Source: Hydrolagus colliei
Lineage: Eukaryota
Direction: 5' to 3'
Assembly (NCBI GenBank): GCA_035084275.1
Contig: CM068755.1
Span: forward strand, 11,160,001-11,224,000
DNA length: 64,000 nt
The stretch's first letter is position 1, and every line of letters starts with the position of its first letter. Shown piece by piece: positions 23,499 through 35,700 of this stretch. The translations under genes were made by a program, and so were the position numbers. Under the pieces are notes generated by a model. The model was not told where the DNA came from, made no database searches, and worked only from the letters and a program-made list of their open reading frames with translations.

Positions 23499-23745
23499 AC
23501 TACTTGCAAATAATTTTAGCAACATATGCAGAGGCCTTTGTTGAGTAAGCTATAGTACAAAATGGTACTGTGCCATCTTAAATTCATGGGGTGTGTTGCA
23601 TTGGAAGTGTTGTAGATTAGTAAAACACCTTGTGTTTCACAAGCATATAATCAATGGGAAGAGCCGGAGTGGGTAAATCATCAGTGATTTTTTCAATCTC
23701 TCCTGAAAAATAAAAGGAAACACACACGCTAAATCACCATTAAAT
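23499..23745 (+). repeat. 247-bp direct duplication, copy 2
   Basis: Offset 605 bp from copy 1; runs actacttgcaaataatttt...aaatcaccattaaat. Confidence 0.95.
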
Positions 23746-24569
23746 AATTTTAAAAAATTATTAACTATTAACAGAGGCCCCACTGTTGACAGATCGGTGG
23801 TAGAACTTGTAACACTGTATTTTCTTCCAAATGGAAATTTCTGTCCTAATCATTAAAAGCCCTACATTGTGCTTGTCGTTAAAATTGGATTAGAAAATGA
23901 AGAAGGTCCTTCGGGTCATATGATCTCATCCTTCCTGAATACCAACCCTCGCTACCTTCCCAAAACAGCATGAAGCTGTTTCTTTAATAAGCCCACTGTA
24001 ATTATTTATAATTGTTACTGTCAAATGTTTCTCCCCACCATAAACAATCGATATGATGTACTGAAAGATGATGAAGCAATAAATATAAAATAGGATATCC
24101 CGTAGGGTGTAAACATTCCAAAGTCTGCTTCAGTAATCCAGTTGGTTAAATTAGAAAGAGTAATACATACAATGGAGCCTGTGAATATCCCTTTTTACTG
24201 GTGCACATATGGCCACATTCAGTGCTCATAAACTGACATTTTACTGCAGCTCCACGCACAGCCCTTCAGAATAGCTAATTATCACTTTGGTCCAGTGCAT
24301 CCATCCTTTAAATAAGGTCAAAAGGACTTCTGAAAAAACAAACGCAAACCAGTGTTCTGATAGTTTTGACAAACGTTTACAGGAAATTAAGACACAAATT
24401 ACACAGTGGATGTTACTACACACTGAATTGTGTTTTCCACATGGTTTTACTACAGAGGTGACTGATCTTTTGTCACTTTTTTTTTAAAGTTAAAAGTTAT
24501 TGGTAAACTTCCCTATCATTGCTCATGGCACGTTTTAAATGGGGAGAATATAAATACTTTAATGACAAT

Positions 24570-25570
24570 TAAAGTCTTGCTTTACTTGGCATCCAGGAAC
24601 AATGGCAACCAGCCATTGATGGGATGTTTTCCCACACGAGCAAGCCTGCACTTCCCAGAAACAGCAAGGCTGGTCTCCTGAATTGGTGATGGTGTCCATA
24701 GACAAGACTATAACAAGATTAGCAACACCAAACCCACAGGGTGAAGGTGGAGGTGACAATCGACAACAATGTGTGATTTCCTTCAGACTGAGCAGACTAA
24801 TTTTCTGCTGCTCCTCATTCACTTAAGTTGGGGTAAGCTCTGAGGATCATCTTGCAGTCTGTCCAAAGTAATTGGAGCGTTCCCTTTCAATTGTGCTGGC
24901 TTCTTGATCTATCAGGATTTTTATTTAAAGACAGCAGGAAAGTGACCTTGCAACAATGACTGGAAAGGGTCATTTCTCCATGGTGCTTGCGCAGGTTTAC
25001 TGGAAGCATGTGTTATCATAAACCACATGATTACCTGTTTGTGTTCACCCAAGTTCGCTACCATCTTGGTTCTAGGCTAGCCTCAGATTCTGTAAGAGAA
25101 CGGATAAGATGGCCTGGTGTGGTCAGCAGTCGTTAGTTATGCATTTGTTCATTTGCTTCCCTACAGTTAGGACTATCAAAGTCAAGCATGATAGCGTTTA
25201 TTATGATGAGGCTTTCCATTGATGGAACAAGAGTCTCATAAAAAGGGAGAGTCCAGTGCATACTGCTGCTTTACACTGCCACGTGTGGCAATAACATAGT
25301 TGCAATCAGATGTGCTGGGGAGGAGGTCCTGCATTGTTATTATCCACCAGATCTTTGTTCAATCTGTGTTGGAAATATGTGCGGGGGAGACGGGGTAAGC
25401 TGTCAGATGTAGGTTATGAGGACTGCTCAAGACTTTAAGCCTCCTGACTGGATTGCTGTGCAGTACATAATAAATGGGTCCAGGGATGATTGACATGGTC
25501 GTAGAACAGCCAAAAGCACGTCCATCTCTGCCATATCTTACATGTAAAGCCAGGGAGATGCCTGCCTAAC
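24570..25570 (-). mobile_element. Very decayed CR1-group LINE ORF2 N-terminal (endonuclease/linker) region
   Basis: GC-elevated 1-kb block. The minus ORF contains TITNSGDQPCCFWEVQAC, resembling the post-endonuclease 'PW' linker motif (TIT..PGDQPWF...CR.AC) recalled from fish/shark LINEs. Confidence 0.5.
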
Positions 25571-28260
25571 AAGCTCACCTTGAAATGGACAAGTAAGAAC
25601 GACAACAAAATTAATAATAACCATTGAATTTGGGATAGCCCTTTGCATCTTTTAAACATCTCAAAGCGCTTCACAGAATTACATTTATAGAGTTAATTCC
25701 ATGTATTTTATTTACTTTTAAAATTCATGTCCTAACGTTATAGTCCTCTAGATATACAGAGTGACTAAAAAGTTGTGAAGGTTCCAGGTAATCTACTATC
25801 TAAAAAAAAGCCTTTTTTTAAGACTTATTAGACACTGTAATGATATCACAACTTTTTGGGTCACCATCTAGTATTAAACAGCAAATTAGTGACTGTTAAA
25901 ATAAAGTCCTGAAGTGTTAAGCAGCAAATAGTTTATATTTTAATTTAAAAAAAAGATCTTTTCCAAACCGATAACTACAACGTGATAAAATAATTAAGAA
26001 GACAACAAGAATCATTAATTTAATTATCTGAATTACCCGTATGTGGATCCAAATTGTTTATTTTTGTCCCATTGATGTTAAATGAACCTAAATGAAGGGG
26101 CATAAAACATGCTTACAAGTAAAGTCTTCCAGGCATATTTTTATATAGCCATTTCTATAAGTCTCCGGGGTTCACCATCTGCAGCATGTTGCCTTTAAAG
26201 TCTCCAGCATGTCGTCGCATAAAATAGATGGTGTTTCCATATGTTATGGGCTTGCCTCCAGGCTATAATTGCCGCTCATTGTAAATGAATAATCCATGAA
26301 ATGTTAACATTTTCCCTTATAGTCCCCCTTGTCTGGATTGATAGCGAGATAGACAAAATGCCAAGAATCACAGGGAGACACAAGAATCTTTGATGTTTCC
26401 TCGTGTAGCTCTTTGACAATGTAATGCTAATTTACTAGATCGAGTAAATTATTTTATTCACAGTCATTTCATGCACGACTTCATTTATGAAGTTCCTTTT
26501 TTAAAAAAAAACTTCGGACAACATTAGCGCATGAATCAACCGGGAGGGGAGAGTTTTGTGTTTGCACAGATTTTAATCGGTTACTTTTTCAGGTACAAAA
26601 CAGAATGGAAACTCGATAAAAGTATCAAGTTCTGAACATTTCTGCAGCTAAAATTACAATCATTTAATCATTTCAAGTACTTTTGAAGTGATCATTTTTA
26701 ATACAGTCCTGTTACAATCGAGGCTTGTGCTTACATAAGGATAGAAGAAAAAATCCATAACGTCAGTATTTTAAAGTAAAAAAACTAGATCCACGTTTGT
26801 AGAACATTAATGTGAATGCCAACTTAAACGGGCTTTAACTAGAATGAGTACAGGCGATAAAGTGAGAGCAACCCAAGCAAATGTCTAAAGCATCATTATA
26901 TTTTGCTAGCACCTTCATCCAAAGTCGCACTGTGTATAAATTTACATCTTTGCAAACATTACATTTGAATTGACTACGAATGACTATAAATCTGCTTTTA
27001 TGACCAAAGGTAATACATGCACATGCCACGTTATATATAACACAAAAGCAATATTTTGTGAAATCGAAAACCCTCCGCAGGTTTAATCATTTTAAATTTT
27101 AATTTCATATTCAATCTGTACAACTTTTAGGACATGTTTTTTCTTCTTTGTCTTATTGCAACTTCTGTGAAAGGCTCCTCTTCTCCCAACCGGGAGAGAT
27201 TATGTAATGCCTTCTTTCCCATTGTCATTCTCCCCAGTCATTTAAACTCATATTACACACTTGCAAAATAAATTGATGGACCATCTAATGCAGACCTGCT
27301 GTAGAAAATTTCATGCCACTGAAATACAATCACCAAGGCAGCACTGTGTAGCCACCAGCTATAAGCCACAGTAGACACGTCTGGGAAGACAGAGATACAG
27401 CTATGTCTATGTACCTTCCTAGCTCTTTTGCTTGGAAGCTCATTAGATTTATGCTGAGGTAGGCAGGACCTTTGAAATGCAAGACAAGATGAGGGACTAT
27501 AAGTAGCTATAAATAATTGATTTTGGGTTACTTCGCCAGCCAAGATCCCTGCGGCTTTTGGAGCCATTAATTGCTAGTTAGACTGTATTAGGTCACTTGA
27601 AAGGGCTTGTAGGATCCTAGAAAGAAACCAAATGATAAAAGCAGGTATCTGTGTTGAACTGCAGCCTTTTCACATCATGATTCCAAATGTTACTTTATTG
27701 CCAAGACAAGAACCGTTGTATCTTTTATTGTGTTATACAGTAACTTCCTGAAGGACTTTACTTTCACACATTCACATGTGTGATTGTCGAGGAAATACAT
27801 TGATTATCAGTCATTAAAACAGACCGTACCATATAATTGACTTCCTCATGCGATAAAGCCAAACTCTCGTAAGACTTGTTTTTTTTAATCAAAAGAAAAA
27901 ATGACCTTTACTAAGATGGGTCTTACAAAGGCTCTCCTGTTTTTAATCACCCTCAACTCACTTCAGGCTTTTTATGGAAAAAATGTTCCCAGATTTGGGT
28001 TTCTCTACATCTGGTGAAACACTTATTTTGTCATGATTCTGATCTCTTTCCAATATTTCAGACTTATTGGGGTTGAAAACGCAGCAGAAAGGAAACCTGT
28101 TGTAGTGCACTTCAATATAGAGCTGCCTCGCTTACAAAGCTCAGGTTGACTCAAGACATGCGTTAACAGTAAGAGCAATGTACTCTGGCTTCATGTTCAA
28201 AAACAGTTGACGTCCTAGTCATCAAGTCCCCGCTAATTTAAGTTCCTGCATGTTGTTTGT

Positions 28261-28413
28261 TCCTGATCCCAACCACCAGCTCGGGTGTGGATCCCTAACT
28301 CTCCAGGGCTGCCATCATGAGCTAAGTCCTGTAGCTCAGTGATTCAGCGCCTTGGGACGTCCTCCCGACGTGAAAGGCGCTCTATAAATGTAAATTGTTG
28401 TTGTTGTTGTTGT
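28261..28413 (+). mobile_element. L2 3' UTR piece and type B tail, interleaved with a SINE head
   Basis: cctgatcccaaccaccagctcgggtgtggatccctaactctccag matches 9751-9794. The tail cagcgccttgggacgtcctcccgacgtgaaaggcgctctataaatgtaaa(ttg)n lies at about 28345-28413. Confidence 0.85.
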
Positions 28414-28710
28414 AGTGCACTCACCGTGCAAGCAAAACCCACTGGTTCGATTCCAGGCAGCGTGACACCTTGGGCAAGTTTCCTTACTCCACACACTTGA
28501 TAATAATCTCTCAAAAAAAAGAACAATAATAAATCAGCCTATCCAATCCACAATTGTTTGTGGGACACTGCTGTGCGCATTTGGCTGCCACGTTTTACCC
28601 ACAAATGTACAGTGAATTCACTTTCCAGTATATTTCTATGAAGGGCTTTGAGACATCTAGAAGAAATGAAAAGCGCAATATCGACTGCAAGGATTAGTAA
28701 TATTATTATA
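28326..28710 (+). mobile_element. tRNA-Ala-type SINE, full length, head split by an L2 tail
   Basis: A box TAGCTCAGTGA (28332-28342), B box GGTTCGATTCC (28444-28454), family body and type A tail. Confidence 0.85.
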
Positions 28711-28894
28711 AGTCGTACAAAGGACAATGACGTTATATTATATGCACAAAAATGCACAGCTAATGATATCCACATAAGCAATTGTATAGTCAAAACAGAA
28801 GTTGCTTTTTACAAATCTTTCTCAGACCGTTGCTTTGTTCTCAGATTTGTTTGCCAAATCTAATTGGAGTTCAAGACCTCTACGAGAATTTTGA

Positions 28895-29070
28895 TCCCAT
28901 AGTCTCTAGGCTAACAACTGGGGAGAGGGGGAAGATGACCATAGGCATGGTCGAAGTGGAAGGTCTTCAGAAGTGATCTCAAGACACACAAAGAGGGGGT
29001 CAAGGTGAAGGGATGGAGGCAGAGATTTCCATATTTTGGGGGTGCAGTGACTGAAAGCATGGCTGCCGAT
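28895..29070 (-). mobile_element. L2-clade LINE 3' fragment
   Basis: ggtcgaagtggaaggtcttcagaagtgatctcaag...gggtgcagtgactgaaagcatggctgccga is antisense to the GS.AFSH.AP region seen at 38730-38860. Confidence 0.7.
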
Positions 29071-29300
29071 TCCATGGCGCTATTTGAATAGAAAGCAGAG
29101 TTTCTCCCAGTGTCCTAGCCAATAATCCTCCAAATAAAATCAATCATTCACTTTATGATTGTTCTTGGGACTAACTGTGCAAATTGACTGTGTCTATAAG
29201 CACACAGTGACTGCATTTTACAGGAATGTTGTGAAGCAATTTGAACCATTCTCAGCCTTAACGCCCTATCAAATGTAAGGATTTATTAATTATTATTACA
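29070..29300 (+). mobile_element. Deu-domain SINE 3' half
   Basis: tccatggcgctatttgaa...gagtttctcccagtgtcctagccaata...ctgtgcaaattgactg...gtgaagcaatttg...tatcaaatgtaaggatt. Confidence 0.65.
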
Positions 29301-31154
29301 TAATATAATTACTGCACAGAACATTGATCCTCCACTCCACTCTGACTTTCAGACCATCATTATCTTCTGTTTATTCATGTCTTGCGCTTTTATTGTACGG
29401 CTACCATAAAAATAAATATCCTGTTTTGTTCAAGAAACAAATACAGTTTTTATGGAACAAAACAATGTGGAAGTGAGTTTAAGGTAATCATTTAAATCCT
29501 AAATTCTGCTGATGTTCACAAACCACTGGAGTTTGACTCTCACAGTTTACATTCTTATTAGTCCTGCTTGATTGAATTACTTCCTTCCAACTCGCTCCCA
29601 GACATTCTTGGTTTTGTATTTTTAAATTCAGGGACATAAATAGCTTCAGATACAATCAAGTAATTAAAAAGAGGCAGCGCATCAAGTAGCTTTTAGCTGA
29701 TTGCTAAATTACCATTTTTTTGATTCCAGAGTTTTTAAAAAATTATATAACCAGTTAAGCTTAAAAGCTTGTTTATTATAGGCTCCGACTCGTAGGAGAG
29801 CTTTCAAAACACCTGTTTCTTTTTCTTGTATCCACATACCTCCTACCACTTTTAGCTATAACAATTGTGTCATGTTGTAAGATTCCTGTGGTGCCAATCA
29901 TGTTATGAGTATAATTGTGTAACACCGCCCCTGACACAAATCTATGGGGTGTCGTCTGCTGCGATGCCAAACCACAGAAAGAAGCAAACGCAACGGTTCA
30001 GCTGTAAAATAAATAAGTGCGAGAATAAATAGTCAAGTGACTGCCTTTCTCTGCATATAACACATGTGGTCCTATGGTGCTTTGTAAACTAGGCTACAGA
30101 CGTTAAGAGGCTGTACGTAAATACATCACACCACTTCGATACCAAGGCAAACAGTGATGCTAATGGAAATAACACATCTCCGGCACGTTTCCTCTCCTAT
30201 CGTGCCTTTTGTTGTGCTCTCCCCTCCAAGTCCACTGTTTTCTGTAATTACTTACTGACAGCGTCCCATAGAAATTGCCGTGCTGTGGATCAAAACTAAA
30301 TGCAGGATCTGCTGAGGACTATCACATCTACACAATGAACAACCAAGAGACAGCTTCGCTTTGAGTTGTCATCCGAATGTTTGAACCAAGATATTCCTCA
30401 GTAGGTTTACTTTGCTGAAGGATGGCACTTATTTTTAATGAGAGAATTGATCTTGATGATCTGGAATACAATTGTGGCATTTTACGTTCACTCTTGAAGG
30501 CATTCAAGTGCAAAACTGTTTGCTGCCTACTGATTTTTTCTCTCCAGATTATTGGTAATGAACTCTGCAATTGTTAACTGAGAAAAGACCAGTGTGGCTG
30601 TTTTATAAACTCCCTCTTAATCCTGTTTATTAAGTACTTCCTAAAGGACATCTACTAGTCAATGAAAAAAAAGCAACCTGAGCAGCATTTCCAAGCATCT
30701 CTGCTCATGTCTCATTTCCTCTCAGTGCCATATTTTTTCTTTACAGACGTCCACTTTTTGCTGGCAGCTTTGGCATGGCAGTTTCCTCTCTCGTGACATT
30801 GTGGGTTGATTTCTCCACCCAGTCTCGTTCCCGAAGCAAAGTGATTGCGAACTGCAAAGGGTTAAACAATCAATTCAGGAACTCGCTGAATTCTAATGAA
30901 ATGGAAGGAGTGACATTTGAGTTTCCAGTCGTTTGAATGCTGCATGCGGCACATAGCTCTGGAAATTAAGTCTTGGATTAGGGCACAATTCTCTGAGTAA
31001 ACAGTTTAACATCCGATGGGGGTGCAAGTGGTTTTGATGGATTTTCATAGTGTATGCTTATTTTTTTTAATTAACATCAGTGCCATGATAGACTACAGTG
31101 TTTAACACTGAACCGCCATCCACACGCACATACACTCTCCTTTTGTTTCTATTT

Positions 31155-31420
31155 CAGCTAACACCAGCCTGCTGCGTGTCCTCGGCACGACCGTCGGGGG
31201 CCGAGCCTTCAGTCACTATGCCACTTGCATCTGAATCTCACTGCCTTTCTACCCCTCCACCTCGCCACAGCTCCGTCAATCTTTAAATCCCATCTTAAAA
31301 GCTACCCCTATGAATGCTCAGGTCACTCTTCTCCCTTGCTTGGTGTCGAAGCCCAACACTGCAAAACACTCCTAGACGTTACCCTATGTGGAGATCACTA
31401 CATTAATGCAAGTTGTTATT
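31155..31420 (+). mobile_element. L2-clade LINE 3' fragment
   Basis: accgtcgggggccgagccttcagtcactatgcc translates as TVGGRAFSHYA, followed by ctttaaatcccatcttaaa and a tail ending aatgcaagttgtt. Confidence 0.75.
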
Positions 31421-31480
31421 TCAAACATTATATCCTGCATCACCGCAAGGCACATAATTGCTCCACTTCAGCTATACTTT

Positions 31481-31545
31481 TCAGCGCCTTGGGACATCCT
31501 CTCGACGTGAAAGGTGCTCTAGAAATGTAATTATGTTGTTGTTGT
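31481..31545 (+). mobile_element. Solo L2 3' tail (type B)
   Basis: tcagcgccttgggacatcctctcgacgtgaaaggtgctctagaaatgtaattatg(ttg)n. Confidence 0.8.
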
Positions 31546-32637
31546 ATACTGGTATGACAATACCACAGCCTGTGCTTTTACCGGCAATAATTGTGCCTTT
31601 CGAAGCTAATCACTTTGCTTCCCGAAATTCATAATTGAAAAGTTCAATATTATCATGTACGTGGCACAATACACATATACATTTACGGAGAATCTTTCAC
31701 ATCTGAAGGAATTGTGTGCCAATTAATACTAATAATAATAATCCTGGTTTGGCACAGAATCTGGGGATTGGGGCTGAGGGGTTTGAGGAAGGGAAAGATG
31801 ACCCAAAAGTGCAGTCAAAGAGGGTAGGTCTCGAGACAGACCAGCAGGATACTCCCAAAACAGTTGCCATCGTTTTTGTTTCTGACTAGTTTCTGTCCCC
31901 TCTGGGTAAATCTAAATGTTGATTTGCAGTCTATCTGTAAAAGTGCATTGCTGGAGAAATTCAACATAATGGGACAGGTATAGAAACTTGCATTTATATA
32001 GTGCCCTTCATGCAGGACAGCATCTCAGAGCGTCAAGGAAACTGCGACTGTGCAGGATTGTAAAAAAGGAATTGTTTGGATTGGGTGTAGCTAGAAACAG
32101 GTGTGCAAATAGCATGAAAAGGAGAAGAAATTATGCACAGAAGGGGCTTTGATTCTAAGGTTTAATTACGGTGTCATAAAGCGGCTAATGGCTTCCAAAT
32201 GCTGATCGAAAATCCTGTTGGTTTAAAATTAATCATTTTTTTGCGCGGTGTACATCTGAGGGGATTTCATTGTTTTAAGAGCTGGGGAAAAAAACATTAA
32301 AAACATCCTCCATCTTGTAGCAGGGTTGATCAATATTTATGAGGGGGCATATTTATGAAGTACAATGGTAAAAGGATTTTGTCAAAGGATAGAGAAATAT
32401 TGTGGAGAAAGCCCTCAAGTTTAAGGAGTTTCTCCCCTGTGGTGTTCTGACCAACACTCACTTCATGGCTGTTTGTGGGACATTGCAGTTGTGCAACTTG
32501 GCTGCCACATTCACCTGCAAATACACAGTCATTGGACTTTTGTGTAAAAAATGTTCTCACTTTATACAGCCATGATATTTAAAGCACAGGAAACACACTA
32601 TTTTGTAACAGCGCTAGACAGACATGGCAGCAGCTGT

Positions 32638-32755
32638 ATAAGGGGGTATGGCAACAGAGCAGGAGATTTGGATTAAAAGATTTGACAAGACCTAATTAAC
32701 TGCTGAAGCTGGCTTGATGGGCTGAATGGCCTCCTCCTGTTCGTCTTTTCCTACA
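32638..32755 (+). mobile_element. CR1-clade 3' terminus
   Basis: agggggtatgg...gcaggaga..tggatta...gcttgatgggctgaatggcctcctcctgttc matches the recalled fish/shark CR1-type 3' end. Confidence 0.7.
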
Positions 32756-35700
32756 ATTGTTAACAATCAAATAGATTCAGTAACACTCGTCATGTGTACA
32801 ACGCTAAATCTGCCTGAAAATATTCATCAGCATGACTCAAACCAATTAACTTAGATTGCTAGAGCTCTACTATGTGGTGATTGCTAAATCATTTTCTTTT
32901 TAAAAGAAACAAGTATCATATTTTTCATTTTTATTGACCAAGTGGCGCGCAATACTGTACACACCACAAACTTCAGCAGATGTTGCAATTTACACAACTG
33001 CAAAATCCAGGACCTTTTCTTCTTTCATTTTATAAATAGATACCGTTGGATAACTTCGCACTTCTGGGACCTCATTTCACACCCTCAGGAAATGAAATTA
33101 CTTTGCATCAATTTATCAAACTAGTTAATTTATACTGTACAACACTCATGGCTCAGAACAGTGTATAGATTGACCCCAATATCACACGAACAGCAATAAA
33201 GCAGTCTTAAGAATTCTTGGCCATTACTTACTTATCCACCCCAGCACAAAACTGTGGCATACATCTCTAATTAAGTTTTAAGTGTACACACTAAATTTAT
33301 ACACATGGGTGGTAGGGGCAAGTTTAGAGGTTGAAATTACAGTGCCATCACTCACATTAGCAACCGAAAAAGCTGTGTAGATATTTACCTATAGGATATT
33401 TCCTTGCACCACATAGGTAATGGAGGGTTAGGAAGTGTCTGACCTTCATCACAAGGCATCTTTCCTTTCGCTTTGATTTCTGGCAGTAGCTGATAACTGT
33501 CTGTTATCCTCACTTCCTCCATGCGTGTATAAGCAATAAAAATCCGGTGAAGCGCTTTGAGATATCCACCTGATGTGAAAGATGCAATATCAAATACAAG
33601 CATTAGTATTTATACTAATTCAGCCCTCCTCTTCGAAGCATGCAAGATGGTTGGTATCTTGTGATTATTCACAATTTAAAGCTAAAATTACCTATTTAAA
33701 AAAAATTAACCTTGCTCTGTTTATTACAGCAAGGGTCCAATAATTTTATATTAATACTATATTGTTCTGTACCTTGAGTTGGACATTAATTACATTTTTA
33801 CCATGAATTCCTCTGCATTGTGAAACTTTCTAATACATCATAGTTAATTTAGTTGAAGCTCACGATTCACAACACATTTTGTGGGAGCAGTGTTATCACC
33901 TAAGCCAGAAATTCATTTGCAATGAAGTATGGAAATCGATTTTCCATATACTGTAGTACTTCTTTATACACCTTTAACTTTACTTTGAGTTCTGATCTAT
34001 TAGAATGGTTTCACAGTATTATCTTTAACATTGTAAATTTAGTATTGTGAATATGGAATTCTGTAGCATAATGGTTAGCCTGCTCTCCTCACATTCAGAA
34101 GGTTTGATTCCCATCTTATCTCATGTTATTTGAAATCTTCTAAACCCAAGGTTTCTGTGAAAGGAAATCCTCGACTGTGTGTGAATCGTTTCACGGTTTA
34201 TATTTGTTGTAGTTCTACTCAGTGAATATATCTTTGTGTTGCTTTCTATCTGATAATATATGTGGTCTGTGCTTACTGTTGTTTGGACACAAGTTGAAAG
34301 CATTTCTGGACAAATTGGCTAAGGTTTCCTGAAAATATATTCATTTCTCGCATTTAAAATCAAATTAAACTCAGATTAATCGGCTTCCAAGGCCCCATTC
34401 CTTATCCTTGTTAAGGAGTTTCATCATCCTATACATCGTTCATTAAATCACTATAGCAACAATCTTCCTTTGCATTTATTTGAAATCAGGTTATGTTCCC
34501 AGTAAAGGCAAAAAGGTCAGAATTTTTTATTCAGCTTTGCATTTAATGCGATTTTTGCACGTTCCAAAGGCATTTTATCCACAATGTTTCTTGAATCTCT
34601 GGTTAGCACTAATTTCATTCCACATTAATTGTAACAGCCTCAAACTTAATAGTACAATATTCATTCTGCCTTAATCCAATAATTAATGAGTGTTGGTTTA
34701 TTGATGTTAATCACAATTATCAAGCAAGCTTTCCAATTCCGCTTAAATAGTGTGTACTTTGTACATGTCTCATTGCCCTATTAATAAGATTTGTTTTTCA
34801 GTCTTACTGAGGTACCGACAGTCACTGACTGATATTTGTTTGGTCCCAGCCCAATGACTTTTTACGTTTTCATGATTCTTTCTCACCAATTTTCTTGGTG
34901 ATCTTATCCATTTCCATCAGTAAAGATGATTTGATTGTACGCCATACTTGATCCTTTCCAATTTTCAGTCAGTCTAGTTTTGTTTCCTATATCCAAAATG
35001 TTAAAACATATCTCCGCCCAAGAGGTTTCATGGTTATGTACAGGTGACCAAACTTGGCGTAGGTGGGTGAATCTTAATTGTTACATTAATTAAACATAGA
35101 TGCCTTTAGAGTTCAACTTTACACTAAACCTGCCTCCAATCTGTCTTCAACATCTAAAATGCCATTATGCAACGCATTGAATTTACAAAAAGGGTGCTTC
35201 TTGTTGGATGAAACTTTCTAAACAAAGCCAACTGGCATGACATTGTTTTTGTCTTAGCTTCCTTCAAATGAACATAAACTATGGTCCTTGAACACAGCCT
35301 GTGCACATCACACAGTGGAGAATTTCATTACTATCAAAGTATAAATATAATATATATATCTACATGAACATATACTTACATATATGTATATATACTATCA
35401 AAGTATATCAGCGTGTTGTTTTTTAATGTCTTTTGTGCCAAATACTTTGATTATTCCGAAGGGCAGCTAAACCTTGTGGCATACACTAGCTAAGCAGTGC
35501 AGCAAAGTGGTGATTTGAAATATCCACTTAATAATGAGGTTCTGCTCTCCCAAATTGTCATGTCAACATTTTATATGGTTTAGTTTCTTGTTCTCTTTGG
35601 CAGGATTATCCAATGGATCATTTTTAATTACACGTTAGCTCTAATAATAATAATCCTCGCATTTGATATCGCGCCTTATCATGTCTTCTAGACGCCTCAA

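Noticed and set aside
22894-23745. LTR/TRIM retrotransposon reading of the direct repeats
   Set aside because: No TG...CA termini, primer-binding site, polypurine tract or target-site duplication was seen. Kept only as an unexplained duplication.
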